Positions 24,497 through 32,000 of a stretch of 32,000 bases of DNA are shown here, piece by piece. The position numbers and the translations under genes were made by a program. Location of the stretch: the NCBI GenBank assembly GCA_965224465.1, contig OZ245049.1, positions 3,420,001 to 3,452,000 on the forward strand. The letters are read 5' to 3'. The DNA comes from Flavobacteriaceae bacterium (GTDB taxonomy: Bacteria; Bacteroidota; Bacteroidia; Flavobacteriales; Flavobacteriaceae). Position 1 is the stretch's first letter. Every line of letters begins with the position of its first letter. The notes beneath the pieces were generated by a model. The model saw nothing but the letters and a program-made list of their open reading frames with translations. It was not told where the DNA came from and did not search any database.

Positions 24497-26131
24497 TTAG
24501 TCAAGTATTTTCTTATAGCGTTTAGCATTACTTAAGACTGCCATTGCTTCTAAAATAACGGGATCATGGGCTGCTTTTTGCTGATAGACACCTTCGTTAA
24601 AATAATAGCGGCGCACGATGTTTTCTGTGAGTTTCTCTAGTATTTCTGTCTTGTTAGTAGTGAGAGCTTCTTGCTTTTCTTCTATGATTTTTTCTAATAA
24701 AATAGTGTAAGAGGATTTTATATTGTCAAATCCTTCTTTAGTTGCTAGCTCAAGAGATTTTCTAAAATGTGTTTCTGTTTTTGTAGGAAACGCAGCATTG
24801 TTATTGGAAAGGTAAATCAGTAGATTCGAGAAGTCTGTTGTAGACAGGGTGAATTTGTCCGCAGCTGCAATGTTTGGATGTTTAAAATAGTAATCGGTTC
24901 CAAAATTTAAAAAGGCATCTGAACTGAAGAGGGCTTTGGTAGAAGCCGTTGTTTTATTTTTTTTAATAAGTACATCTGGAAGTACACCTCCGCCATCGTA
25001 GACCTTTCTTCCATTAGTTGTTTTAAAGGAATGTACCGTTCCGTCAGAAAATTTAGGAACAGTACCGTCTTTGGCTCTATTGGCATAGTCTAATTCTTGT
25101 ATGCAACGTCCGCTAGGTGTGTAATATTTGGAAATGGTAACCTTCATTTGTGTGCCGTAACTCAATTTTCGATAGCGCTGTACCAGTCCTTTTCCATAGG
25201 AACGTTGTCCAATTATTACTGCTCGGTCATAATCTTGTAGCGCTCCAGATACAATTTCACTGGCAGAAGCAGAACGCTCATCAATCAAAATTACAATCGG
25301 TATTTTTGTATCTACGGGTTCTGTTTTTGTACGGTAGGTGTCGCTCCATTTTTTCATTTTCCCACGCGTAGTTACAATAATCTCTCCCTTGGGTAAAAAC
25401 ATATTACATATAGCAACGGCTTCTCCCAATAAACCTCCAGGATTGTGGCGGATGTCCAAAATAAGCTGTTCCATGCCTTGCGATTTCAAATCTTTATAGG
25501 CTTTTTTTACTTCGGTGGATGCACGACGGTTAAATTTAACAAAAGAGATGTATCCTACCTTGTCGTCCATCATTTGATAAAAAGGAACGGGGTTTATTTC
25601 AATTTTTTTTCGTTCTACGGTTATCTTTTTAATTTTTCCATTGCGAAGTACCTTTAATCGCACAGTGGTCTTAGGGGTTCCTTTGATAAGATTTACTACG
25701 CTTTTATCTTTAAAATCCTTGACAATTACATCATCTATCTGGATAATTACATCTCCTGGAATTAAGCCTGCTTTATGGGCAGGTCCCTCTTTATAAATAG
25801 ATAGTATGGTTATTTTATTATCTTTATATCTCGATCGCATTCCGACGCCTCCATAGTCTCCAGTAGAAGATATGCGTGCGTCTTCCACTCCTTGTTCGTC
25901 ATAATATTTAGTGTATGGATCCAGACCACTCAACATGTTTTTAATGGCCCTGTCGGTGAGTTCGGCAGGATTTACTTCATCTATATAATACATGTTTAAC
26001 TCCTTAAACAAAGTGGTGTAAATATCTATCTGTTTGGCAATCTCGAAAAAATCTGAACTAAAAGCAACAGTACTCATTACTGCGAGCACAAGAAAGGTCC
26101 CTATGGCCGTTTTTTTAAATTTTCTTAGCAT
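24497..26131 (-). CDS. S41-family carboxy-terminal processing peptidase with a PDZ domain
   Basis: Signal anchor, a PDZ-like region (GGVGM...GPAHKAGLIPGDVIIQID), and a catalytic region LIDERSASASEIVSGALQDYDRAVIIGQRSYGKGLVQ. Confidence 0.9.
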   Translation of the reverse strand: MLRKFKKTAIGTFLVLAVMSTVAFSSDFFEIAKQIDIYTTLFKELNMYYIDEVNPAELTDRAIKNMLSGLDPYTKYYDEQGVEDARISSTGDYGGVGMRSRYKDNKITILSIYKEGPAHKAGLIPGDVIIQIDDVIVKDFKDKSVVNLIKGTPKTTVRLKVLRNGKIKKITVERKKIEINPVPFYQMMDDKVGYISFVKFNRRASTEVKKAYKDLKSQGMEQLILDIRHNPGGLLGEAVAICNMFLPKGEIIVTTRGKMKKWSDTYRTKTEPVDTKIPIVILIDERSASASEIVSGALQDYDRAVIIGQRSYGKGLVQRYRKLSYGTQMKVTISKYYTPSGRCIQELDYANRAKDGTVPKFSDGTVHSFKTTNGRKVYDGGGVLPDVLIKKNKTTASTKALFSSDAFLNFGTDYYFKHPNIAAADKFTLSTTDFSNLLIYLSNNNAAFPTKTETHFRKSLELATKEGFDNIKSSYTILLEKIIEEKQEALTTNKTEILEKLTENIVRRYYFNEGVYQQKAAHDPVILEAMAVLSNAKRYKKILD

Positions 26132-26286
26132 TTTTGTTATTTTTTTTAAATATACAAAAATGATTGAAACTAAAGTGATTTAGGGGAATCGTATAGGGAA
26201 TATCACTGTTATTTAATGTGTTTGAAATAAAAAAGACAAACCGCTGTCACTCTATAGAGAGTCAGTCACCTATTCGCTATTTATTT

Positions 26287-26667
26287 TTATAATACAGCAA
26301 TACGTTCCACAAATTTTTCCAGTAAGAATTTTATTTTCTCATGGATGTGTTCAGAGGTTAATTTTTTGTTGCCCATGTACACAAACATTACAATATAGCG
26401 TTGTTCAATTTTATCTGTAAAATAGGGTTTGTTTAAGCGATACCCCTCGCGCATTAACCGTTTTAAATGATTGCGGTCTACCGCTAATTTAAATCCACGT
26501 TTGGGCACTACAAAACCTACCTGCAAAGGAGATTCCTCGCAATAATGATCTATAGGATGGTAAATCATTCGAATAGGAAATGATTTCACGGATTTTCCTT
26601 CTGCAAATAAAACTTGAATCAGTTTTCTGCTCTTTAATTTCTCTTTTGTTGACAATGTAAACCTCAC
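26287..26667 (-). CDS. rnpA: Ribonuclease P protein component
   Basis: Small basic ORF with VGFVVPKRGFKLAVDRNHLKRLMREGYRL. The listed start is GTG at 26667. The true start is uncertain because a TTG lies 4 codons downstream. Confidence 0.85.
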   Translation of the reverse strand: MRFTLSTKEKLKSRKLIQVLFAEGKSVKSFPIRMIYHPIDHYCEESPLQVGFVVPKRGFKLAVDRNHLKRLMREGYRLNKPYFTDKIEQRYIVMFVYMGNKKLTSEHIHEKIKFLLEKFVERIAVL

Positions 26668-26671
26668 GCAA

Positions 26672-26679
26672 CAAAAGTA
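26672..26679 (-). promoter_or_regulatory. Candidate -7 promoter box for rnpA
   Basis: Minus strand reads TACTTTTG just upstream of the GTG/TTG start region, which implies a very short leader. Confidence 0.3.
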
Positions 26680-26701
26680 CTGAATAAATGAATTAAATTT
26701 T

Positions 26702-26709
26702 TATATTTG
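26702..26709 (+). promoter_or_regulatory. Candidate -7 promoter box for the glutaryl-CoA dehydrogenase gene
   Basis: TATATTTG lies 22 nt upstream of the ATG at 26732, in the 64-bp divergent intergenic region shared with rnpA. Confidence 0.35.
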
Positions 26710-26731
26710 GATAAACAATATTTAATATTCT

Positions 26732-27910
26732 ATGTCACAAGATCTATTTCAAGCACCTGACTATTTTCAGTTAGACGATTTGCTTTCCGAAGAACATAAA
26801 TTAGTGCGTGATGCCGCACGAGAATGGGTGAAACGTGATGTTTCTCCAATTATTGAAGACGCTGCGCAAAAGGCAGAATTTCCCAAATCTATTATTAAAG
26901 GCTTGGCGGAAATTGGTGCATTTGGTCCTTATATTCCAGAAGAATACGGCGGAGCAGGCCTTGATCAGATATCCTATGGACTTATTATGCAAGAAATAGA
27001 GCGTGGAGATTCTGGTGTGCGTTCTACTGCATCGGTACAATCATCTTTGGTGATGTACCCTATTTGGAAATATGGAACCGAAGCACAAAAACAAAAATTC
27101 TTACCAAAACTTGCCAGTGGTGAATTTATGGGGTGTTTTGGATTGACAGAACCAGACCATGGATCTAATCCAAGTGGGATGGTGACGCATATAAAAGATA
27201 TGGGCGATCATTTTTTACTAAACGGTGCTAAAATGTGGATTTCTAATGCTCCTTTTGCCGATGTAGCCGTCGTATGGGCAAAAAATGAAGCTGGAAGAAT
27301 TAAAGGCTTACTTGTAGAACGTGGAATGGAAGGGTTTACGACTCCCGAAACCCATAATAAATGGTCCTTGAGAACTTCATCTACAGGAGAATTGATATTT
27401 GACAATGTAAAAATTCCTAAAGAAAATATACTGACAGAAAAAGATGGCTTGGGCGCTCCGCTTGGTTGCTTAGATTCTGCTAGGTACGGAATTGCATGGG
27501 GTGCTATAGGTGCCGCCATGGATTGTTACGACACGGCATTGCGCTATGCAAAAGAGCGCATACAGTTTGGGAAACCCATTGCTGGATTCCAACTTCAACA
27601 AAAGAAATTGGCAGAAATGATTACAGAAATTACCAAAGCACAATTGTTGACGTGGCGTTTAGGGGTGTTGAAAAATGAAGACAGAGCTACAACTGCACAA
27701 ATTTCTATGTGTAAACGAAACAATGTAGACATGGCATTGACTATTGCTAGAGAAGCAAGACAGGTGTTAGGAGCTATGGGAATTACAGGGGAATATTCGA
27801 TCATGCGTCATATGATGAATCTAGAATCTGTAATTACCTACGAAGGAACCCACGATATCCATTTGTTGATTACAGGATTTGATATTACAGGAATTCCTGC
27901 GTTTAAGTAG
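26732..27910 (+). CDS. gcdH: Glutaryl-CoA dehydrogenase (acyl-CoA dehydrogenase family)
   Basis: 392-aa ORF with GCFGLTEPDHGSNPSGM and the C-terminal YEGTHDIHLLITGFDITGIPAF, which closely resembles the conserved GCDH C-terminus. Confidence 0.85.
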   Translation: MSQDLFQAPDYFQLDDLLSEEHKLVRDAAREWVKRDVSPIIEDAAQKAEFPKSIIKGLAEIGAFGPYIPEEYGGAGLDQISYGLIMQEIERGDSGVRSTASVQSSLVMYPIWKYGTEAQKQKFLPKLASGEFMGCFGLTEPDHGSNPSGMVTHIKDMGDHFLLNGAKMWISNAPFADVAVVWAKNEAGRIKGLLVERGMEGFTTPETHNKWSLRTSSTGELIFDNVKIPKENILTEKDGLGAPLGCLDSARYGIAWGAIGAAMDCYDTALRYAKERIQFGKPIAGFQLQQKKLAEMITEITKAQLLTWRLGVLKNEDRATTAQISMCKRNNVDMALTIAREARQVLGAMGITGEYSIMRHMMNLESVITYEGTHDIHLLITGFDITGIPAFK

Positions 27911-27947
27911 TTTGAACGAAGGAATTAGCGAAAAGAAAGGCATAGTA

Positions 27948-28102
27948 CCAGTTAAAATCCAAGATAACCGATATAAATAGTTTATTTTACGTTCTAGGGT
28001 TGTTAAAAAATAGAACGATAGCTAAGGCTATCCTTTTATTTTTTGCCTAACTAAAATAAAAAACAACTCCATTTCTAAACCGTTATTTGGAAATTTAATT
28101 GG
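27948..28102 (+). repeat. MITE-like palindromic intergenic element, copy E (full length, 155 bp, best-preserved TIRs)
   Basis: TA flanks at 27946-27947 and 28103-28104. 5' end CCAGTTAAAATCCAAGATAACCG versus the reverse complement of the 3' end CCAATTAAATTTCCAAATAACGG (about 19 of 24 aligned positions). Central hairpin GATAGC-TAAG-GCTATC. Confidence 0.88.
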
Positions 28103-28146
28103 TATAACAACTGATTTTTTGAAGCTCTTTTTCTTATAATGATAAC

Positions 28147-28185
28147 AAAACACCCATTACAAATGATGTTATGGGTGTTTTTTTG
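28147..28185. terminator. Bidirectional rho-independent terminator between convergent genes
   Basis: Stem AACACCCAT (28149-28157) pairs with ATGGGTGTT (28171-28179) around a 13-nt loop. It has an A-run upstream and a T-run downstream, so a U-tract is available on both strands. Confidence 0.7.
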
Positions 28186-28196
28186 TGCTGTTTTTA

Positions 28197-28664
28197 CTAT
28201 AAGGAAATATCAAAAGATTTACCTAAAGTTGCTATATCCTTACTCGTTAGTTTTGTTTTGCAAGCTAGAATTATAAATTCGTCGCTGGTTTTGATACGAA
28301 CTATCAATTCCCGTATTATTTCGTCCTTGTCTTCTTGGAAATACACATCTACACGGTCTTTTTTGTCGGAGACACGTACCAATTGCTCATAGTCATTACG
28401 ACTTACAAAACGCGAAAAGCTCTTCGCTGTTTTAGTATCGTTTTCATTAAAAACCATCAATCTAAAATGACTCGCCTTTTTTAATAAAGGGCCCAGTAAT
28501 TTCTTTTCTTCTTTAGGAATAAACATACGTCCTAAAGTTCCAGAAACACCTATCGAGAATGCTGCATCTGCTTTGTGTTTTTTGTAAAATGATTGGAAGT
28601 CTGAAGAGGATTTACAGGAAATCATCATCAAAATGATCCCTATCAATGCGATGTATTTTTTCAT
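28197..28664 (-). CDS. DUF4252-like lipoprotein
   Basis: 155-aa ORF with a lipoprotein signal (LIGIILMMISC). Overall pattern: FYKKHK...IGVSG...RLMVFNEND...ELIVRIKTSDEFIILACKTKLTSKDI. Confidence 0.6.
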   Translation of the reverse strand: MKKYIALIGIILMMISCKSSSDFQSFYKKHKADAAFSIGVSGTLGRMFIPKEEKKLLGPLLKKASHFRLMVFNENDTKTAKSFSRFVSRNDYEQLVRVSDKKDRVDVYFQEDKDEIIRELIVRIKTSDEFIILACKTKLTSKDIATLGKSFDISL

Positions 28665-29046
28665 GTTTTTGAGTTTACATTTTTAGGTCTTGTTCTATAA
28701 AGACGAATGGAGATTGGAATTGTTACAAAGGGGGAAGTGTGTTCCCTTTTGTAGCAGTATTGATGTGTGAGAGTTGAACTCTTTGTTGTTTTGAATTGAT
28801 ATCAAATGTATTTCTAGACACCTGTTTATATCTGTTATTATGGATTGTTGGCTGGGATTAGATCCTAGTAGAAAAATTGCATGCGCTATGTCTGCTGGGG
28901 ATAATGCGTTTTTAGGGTGCTATATATCTGGTTTTAAAGTGGTATGGATCGCTTGTGAATGTATGTTTCAAAAAAAAATCATATATTACCGGAAATAAAA
29001 AACAAACTGGTCGGTTTGTTAGCTATGAACTTAATACCTTTTTAAT

Positions 29047-31665
29047 ATGAAAAAAATACTACACGTATGTTTTATGTTATTTACTTTTTTTTCGTTTTCA
29101 CAAACGACGTATACTCTTGTAAATAACGAAGGAATTCACAAATTAGCAAATAGTTGCTATGAACTGAAATACAATGCCAATGGCCTTTTAGGGAAAACCT
29201 TTAGGGTTGATGGTGCTCCTGGGTTGTTTTATTTAAAGCCAGCAGGCTTAGGAGAATTTATTTTTTATAATGATAATAAACGAATGTTGGCAACCTATGG
29301 AAATCGTGTTGTTTTGACGGATGAATTATCAGATGATGTAATTTGGAATGTGGTTAGAAATAAAGAGAGTCGCATTGTACTACAACATAAAAAGACGGGA
29401 GAATATTTGTATGAATCGTATTTTATATCTCCACATTGGTTCCCGACGCTTAAGCTAACTAGAAGAATTAAAAAAGCAATTAATATAGGTTATGCTTCTT
29501 GTCATTCTTGCAACCAATTTCCAGAAGCGACTTTAAATCTTACAGGAAATATTATAAAAACGGAGTTTAGTGACGGTTCTGTTTATGGAATGGCAGATGT
29601 GCATAACCATGGAGCCTCACATAATATGGTACATGGTCTTGTTAATGCGGGTAAAATGTTTTCTCCTTTGGGAATTCAAGACGCCTTAAAAGATTGCGCA
29701 ACTACACATGGGTATGGTGGGCATGTAGATCCTTTGGGAGCACTTTCTAGATCGGGAGGCGATGGACAGCATGCGATTGATCTTGAGTCTGTTCTTGGGG
29801 AGATGGCTAAGGGGCATGACACAAGCGGGTTTCCAACATTTAAAGACTGGCCAAATTTTAATGAGTCAACGCATCAAATGAATTATTACAAATGGTTAGA
29901 TAGAGCACGCTTAGGAGGTCTTCGCTTAATGACAGTTTATGCTGTAGATAATAATGCGGCTTCTATTGTTATGAAACTTGTATTTGATAAAACGGGCCCT
30001 TATCTCTATCCTAGAGAAGGAACACCAAATCCTAATGATTCACAGTTTAGTGGGACAGAAGTATCTAATGTGAGTATAAAATTCATGTATGATTTACAAG
30101 ATTATATTGATGCTCAAGAAGGGGGCGTTGGTAAAGGTTGGATGCGTATTGTTAAAAGTCCAGAAGAGGCAAGGAAAGTGATAAAGCAAGGAAAACTAGC
30201 AATTATTCTAGGCTTAGAACTCGCTGATTTAATAGATTGTATTGATGGTGCTAAAAATAGACCTAACTGTACAAAAGAATATATTGAAAATAGAATTCAG
30301 TTTCATTATGACCAAGGAATAAGAGCTATATTTCCTACGCTACATTACAACAACGATTTTGCAGGAAGTAATAAAGGAGGTTTTGTATATGAATTTGGAC
30401 AAGCTATTTTTAATGGAGAATTGGATCACTATGAACTTTGTGAAAAAGAAGGAAAATTTGGAGCTAAAAGACCTGCTTTTGATTTACAAGCCTATAAAGA
30501 ATTGTGTGATTTTGGGAAAGGTGTTATAGGAGGGATTGTGAGCGCATTAACACCTATTGATTTGTCTAAAATACCAGAATTACCTGAAATAACAGACGAA
30601 CTTCAATATTATTGTAATTCTGTTGGATTAAAACCTAAAGGAAAAATACTTATGAATACCTTAATGAGTAAGGGGATTCTGATAGATATAGATCATGTAA
30701 GTAAAAAGGCAGTGAAAGAGATTAAAGAAGTGTTAGATCCGTATGGGTACCCATATATAGTGACTCATAATGATGATGTAGAGGTTGTAGGTGAAGCCGT
30801 TTTTTCCAGGGGAGGTTTGCTCGCTCAAATAACTACAAAGCCTTCTGAAAATGGTTCTAAATGTAAGCACCCAACCTCGGAGGATGCTTTTATAAACAAC
30901 AAGCTTATTTCGGATGCCTCTTTGAAATATAAAAATATTGAAGCAACGACTTTAAGTACTGACTTTTTTGGTAGTTTGAATGCATTAGGACCTCGGTTTA
31001 ATAATGCGATCAATGAGTGTAAAAAATCACAGGGGAATAAAATACACTATCCTTTTACTTCTTTTGATGGAGGTATTGTTTTTGAGAAACAACAATCAGG
31101 TGATAGAACCTTTGATTTTAATACCGATGGATTTGCGCATTATGGGATGTTGCCAGATTTAATAGAAGATTTTAAAGCATTGGGTAAAACCGATAAGGAG
31201 ATAGAAACATGGTATAGAGGTGCTGAAGCATATTTGAGGACTTGGGAAAATGCAATTTCCGCACAAAAAAGATACAATTCTAAAAATAATACAACAAGTA
31301 TTACTTATGTAAAGCCTGCTGCAGTGAAGGAAACACTTATTGTGCCAGTACCTGAGACGTCAATGGCTACTGAGCCAAAAGAAAAAGTTGCAAGTAATTT
31401 GTTACATCCTTTAGATACAGAGATTGTTCTAAAATTATATCCTACTTTGGTAGACACGTATTTTAATGTTAAATCGGAAGAGCCATATAAGTTAACAGTT
31501 TCTTTGTATAGTGTAAAAGGGAAACGTGTGTATGAACAAACATTTAATCGAGGAGAGGAAATTAATGTAACCAATCTTTCTCATTTAGCTAAAGGTGTAT
31601 ACATTGTTAATATTAGAGATGATAAAGGGGCTTTAAATAGGTCTTATAGAATTATAAAAAAATAA
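29047..31665 (+). CDS. T9SS-secreted multidomain protein with an M19 (renal-dipeptidase)-like metallohydrolase core
   Basis: Signal peptide and an N-terminal ~130-aa domain of unknown type. M19-like motifs: DVHNHG, GLELADLI, YDQGIRAIFPTLHYNNDFAGS and GILIDIDHVSKKAV. The C-terminal ~80 aa are a type-A T9SS sorting domain (LYPTLVDTYFNV...LYSVKGKRVYEQ...LAKGVYIVNIRDD). Confidence 0.8.
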   Translation: MKKILHVCFMLFTFFSFSQTTYTLVNNEGIHKLANSCYELKYNANGLLGKTFRVDGAPGLFYLKPAGLGEFIFYNDNKRMLATYGNRVVLTDELSDDVIWNVVRNKESRIVLQHKKTGEYLYESYFISPHWFPTLKLTRRIKKAINIGYASCHSCNQFPEATLNLTGNIIKTEFSDGSVYGMADVHNHGASHNMVHGLVNAGKMFSPLGIQDALKDCATTHGYGGHVDPLGALSRSGGDGQHAIDLESVLGEMAKGHDTSGFPTFKDWPNFNESTHQMNYYKWLDRARLGGLRLMTVYAVDNNAASIVMKLVFDKTGPYLYPREGTPNPNDSQFSGTEVSNVSIKFMYDLQDYIDAQEGGVGKGWMRIVKSPEEARKVIKQGKLAIILGLELADLIDCIDGAKNRPNCTKEYIENRIQFHYDQGIRAIFPTLHYNNDFAGSNKGGFVYEFGQAIFNGELDHYELCEKEGKFGAKRPAFDLQAYKELCDFGKGVIGGIVSALTPIDLSKIPELPEITDELQYYCNSVGLKPKGKILMNTLMSKGILIDIDHVSKKAVKEIKEVLDPYGYPYIVTHNDDVEVVGEAVFSRGGLLAQITTKPSENGSKCKHPTSEDAFINNKLISDASLKYKNIEATTLSTDFFGSLNALGPRFNNAINECKKSQGNKIHYPFTSFDGGIVFEKQQSGDRTFDFNTDGFAHYGMLPDLIEDFKALGKTDKEIETWYRGAEAYLRTWENAISAQKRYNSKNNTTSITYVKPAAVKETLIVPVPETSMATEPKEKVASNLLHPLDTEIVLKLYPTLVDTYFNVKSEEPYKLTVSLYSVKGKRVYEQTFNRGEEINVTNLSHLAKGVYIVNIRDDKGALNRSYRIIKK

Positions 31666-31713
31666 CAGTATGTTTTGTTAATTCTAGGTGGGTATCAAAG
31701 GATATTAATAATA

Positions 31714-31808
31714 CCCAATACATTTCCACGTGATGGTTTATAATGGAATTATTTTTTGTTTTAGCTTGGCGAAAAACAAACTATTTATATTTATTGTTTT
31801 GTAATAGG
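31714..31808 (-). repeat. MITE-like element, copy G (reverse orientation, internally deleted, 95 bp)
   Basis: The reverse complement aligns to the family's 5' arm (ATATAAATAGTTTGTTTTT) and 3' arm (AATTCCATTATAAACCATCACGTGGAAATGTATTGGG), with the central hairpin missing. TA flanks at 31712-31713 and 31809-31810. Confidence 0.75.
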
Positions 31809-31864
31809 TATACGTAGGCTTAAGTGGGGACTTCCTTTTAAAAGTACTCATTTCAAATAAAAAA

Positions 31865-31901
31865 AGCGAGGATAAATGATGTGTCATTTATCCTCGCTTT
31901 T
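31865..31901. terminator. Bidirectional rho-independent terminator
   Basis: Perfect 15-bp stem AGCGAGGATAAATGA / TCATTTATCCTCGCT with a TGTG loop. A-run upstream and TTTTAAT downstream. Confidence 0.75.
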
Positions 31902-32000
31902 AATCCTTTATTGAGGGTTTAATTCCTCGAGGCTGTTGATGTATTTCTTTTGACTCAGTCCTTTGAGTTATTTCCAATATTCCGCTACCCAAGGAGCAGG
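31900..32000 (-). CDS. Possible 3' end of a minus-strand CDS running off the window
   Basis: One minus-strand frame is open from the window edge to the TAA at 31902-31900, which sits right at the terminator hairpin. Only 33 codons are visible, and they give no functional information. Confidence 0.3.
   Translation of the reverse strand, partial: CSLGSGILEITQRTESKEIHQQPRGIKPSIKD

Noticed and set aside
26489-26674. 61-aa minus-strand ORF overlapping rnpA in another frame
   Set aside because: The rnpA frame carries the family motif (KRGFKLAVDRNHLKR). The overlapping frame has no motif and is fully contained within the gene region.
28171-28392. 73-aa plus-strand ORF
   Set aside because: It starts inside the terminator hairpin and lies antisense to the DUF4252-like lipoprotein gene.

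Overview
AT-rich chromosomal segment that looks like Bacteroidota, class Flavobacteriia. The evidence is type IX secretion (T9SS) sorting domains, a PorP/SprF gene, TAnnTTTG -7 boxes and lipoprotein-rich ORFs. The housekeeping blocks are ordinary: map, a methyltransferase, a MutS-related ATPase, an aminotransferase with an omega-amidase-like hydrolase, an S41 peptidase, rnpA and glutaryl-CoA dehydrogenase. Four accessory regions stand out. (1) nt 1-4040 holds a polymorphic-toxin-like locus. It has a metzincin C-terminal domain and a YwqK/MORN-variant immunity-like gene. These are followed by decayed or orphan cassettes that share a 41-bp junction repeat. One cassette is split by an IS256-family element with clear inverted repeats and an 8-bp target duplication. 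(2) nt 4238-11330 holds a 2062-aa FG-GAP/HYR surface protein with a T9SS type-B C-terminal domain. It contains five near-identical 480-bp tandem repeats, and its adjacent PorP/SprF partner gene is frameshifted. (3) A family of about 155-bp palindromic, mostly TA-flanked MITE-like elements occurs at least 7 times in 32 kb, usually just after stop codons. I could not assign it to a known family from memory. (4) nt 22048-23828 is a 1.8-kb stretch with no long ORFs. It carries two MITE copies, a 57-aa glycine-rich hydrophobic peptide gene missing from the ORF track, and GC-rich palindromes. I found no rRNA, tRNA or CRISPR array. All functional calls rest on motifs read by eye from the translations, and no database search was run.
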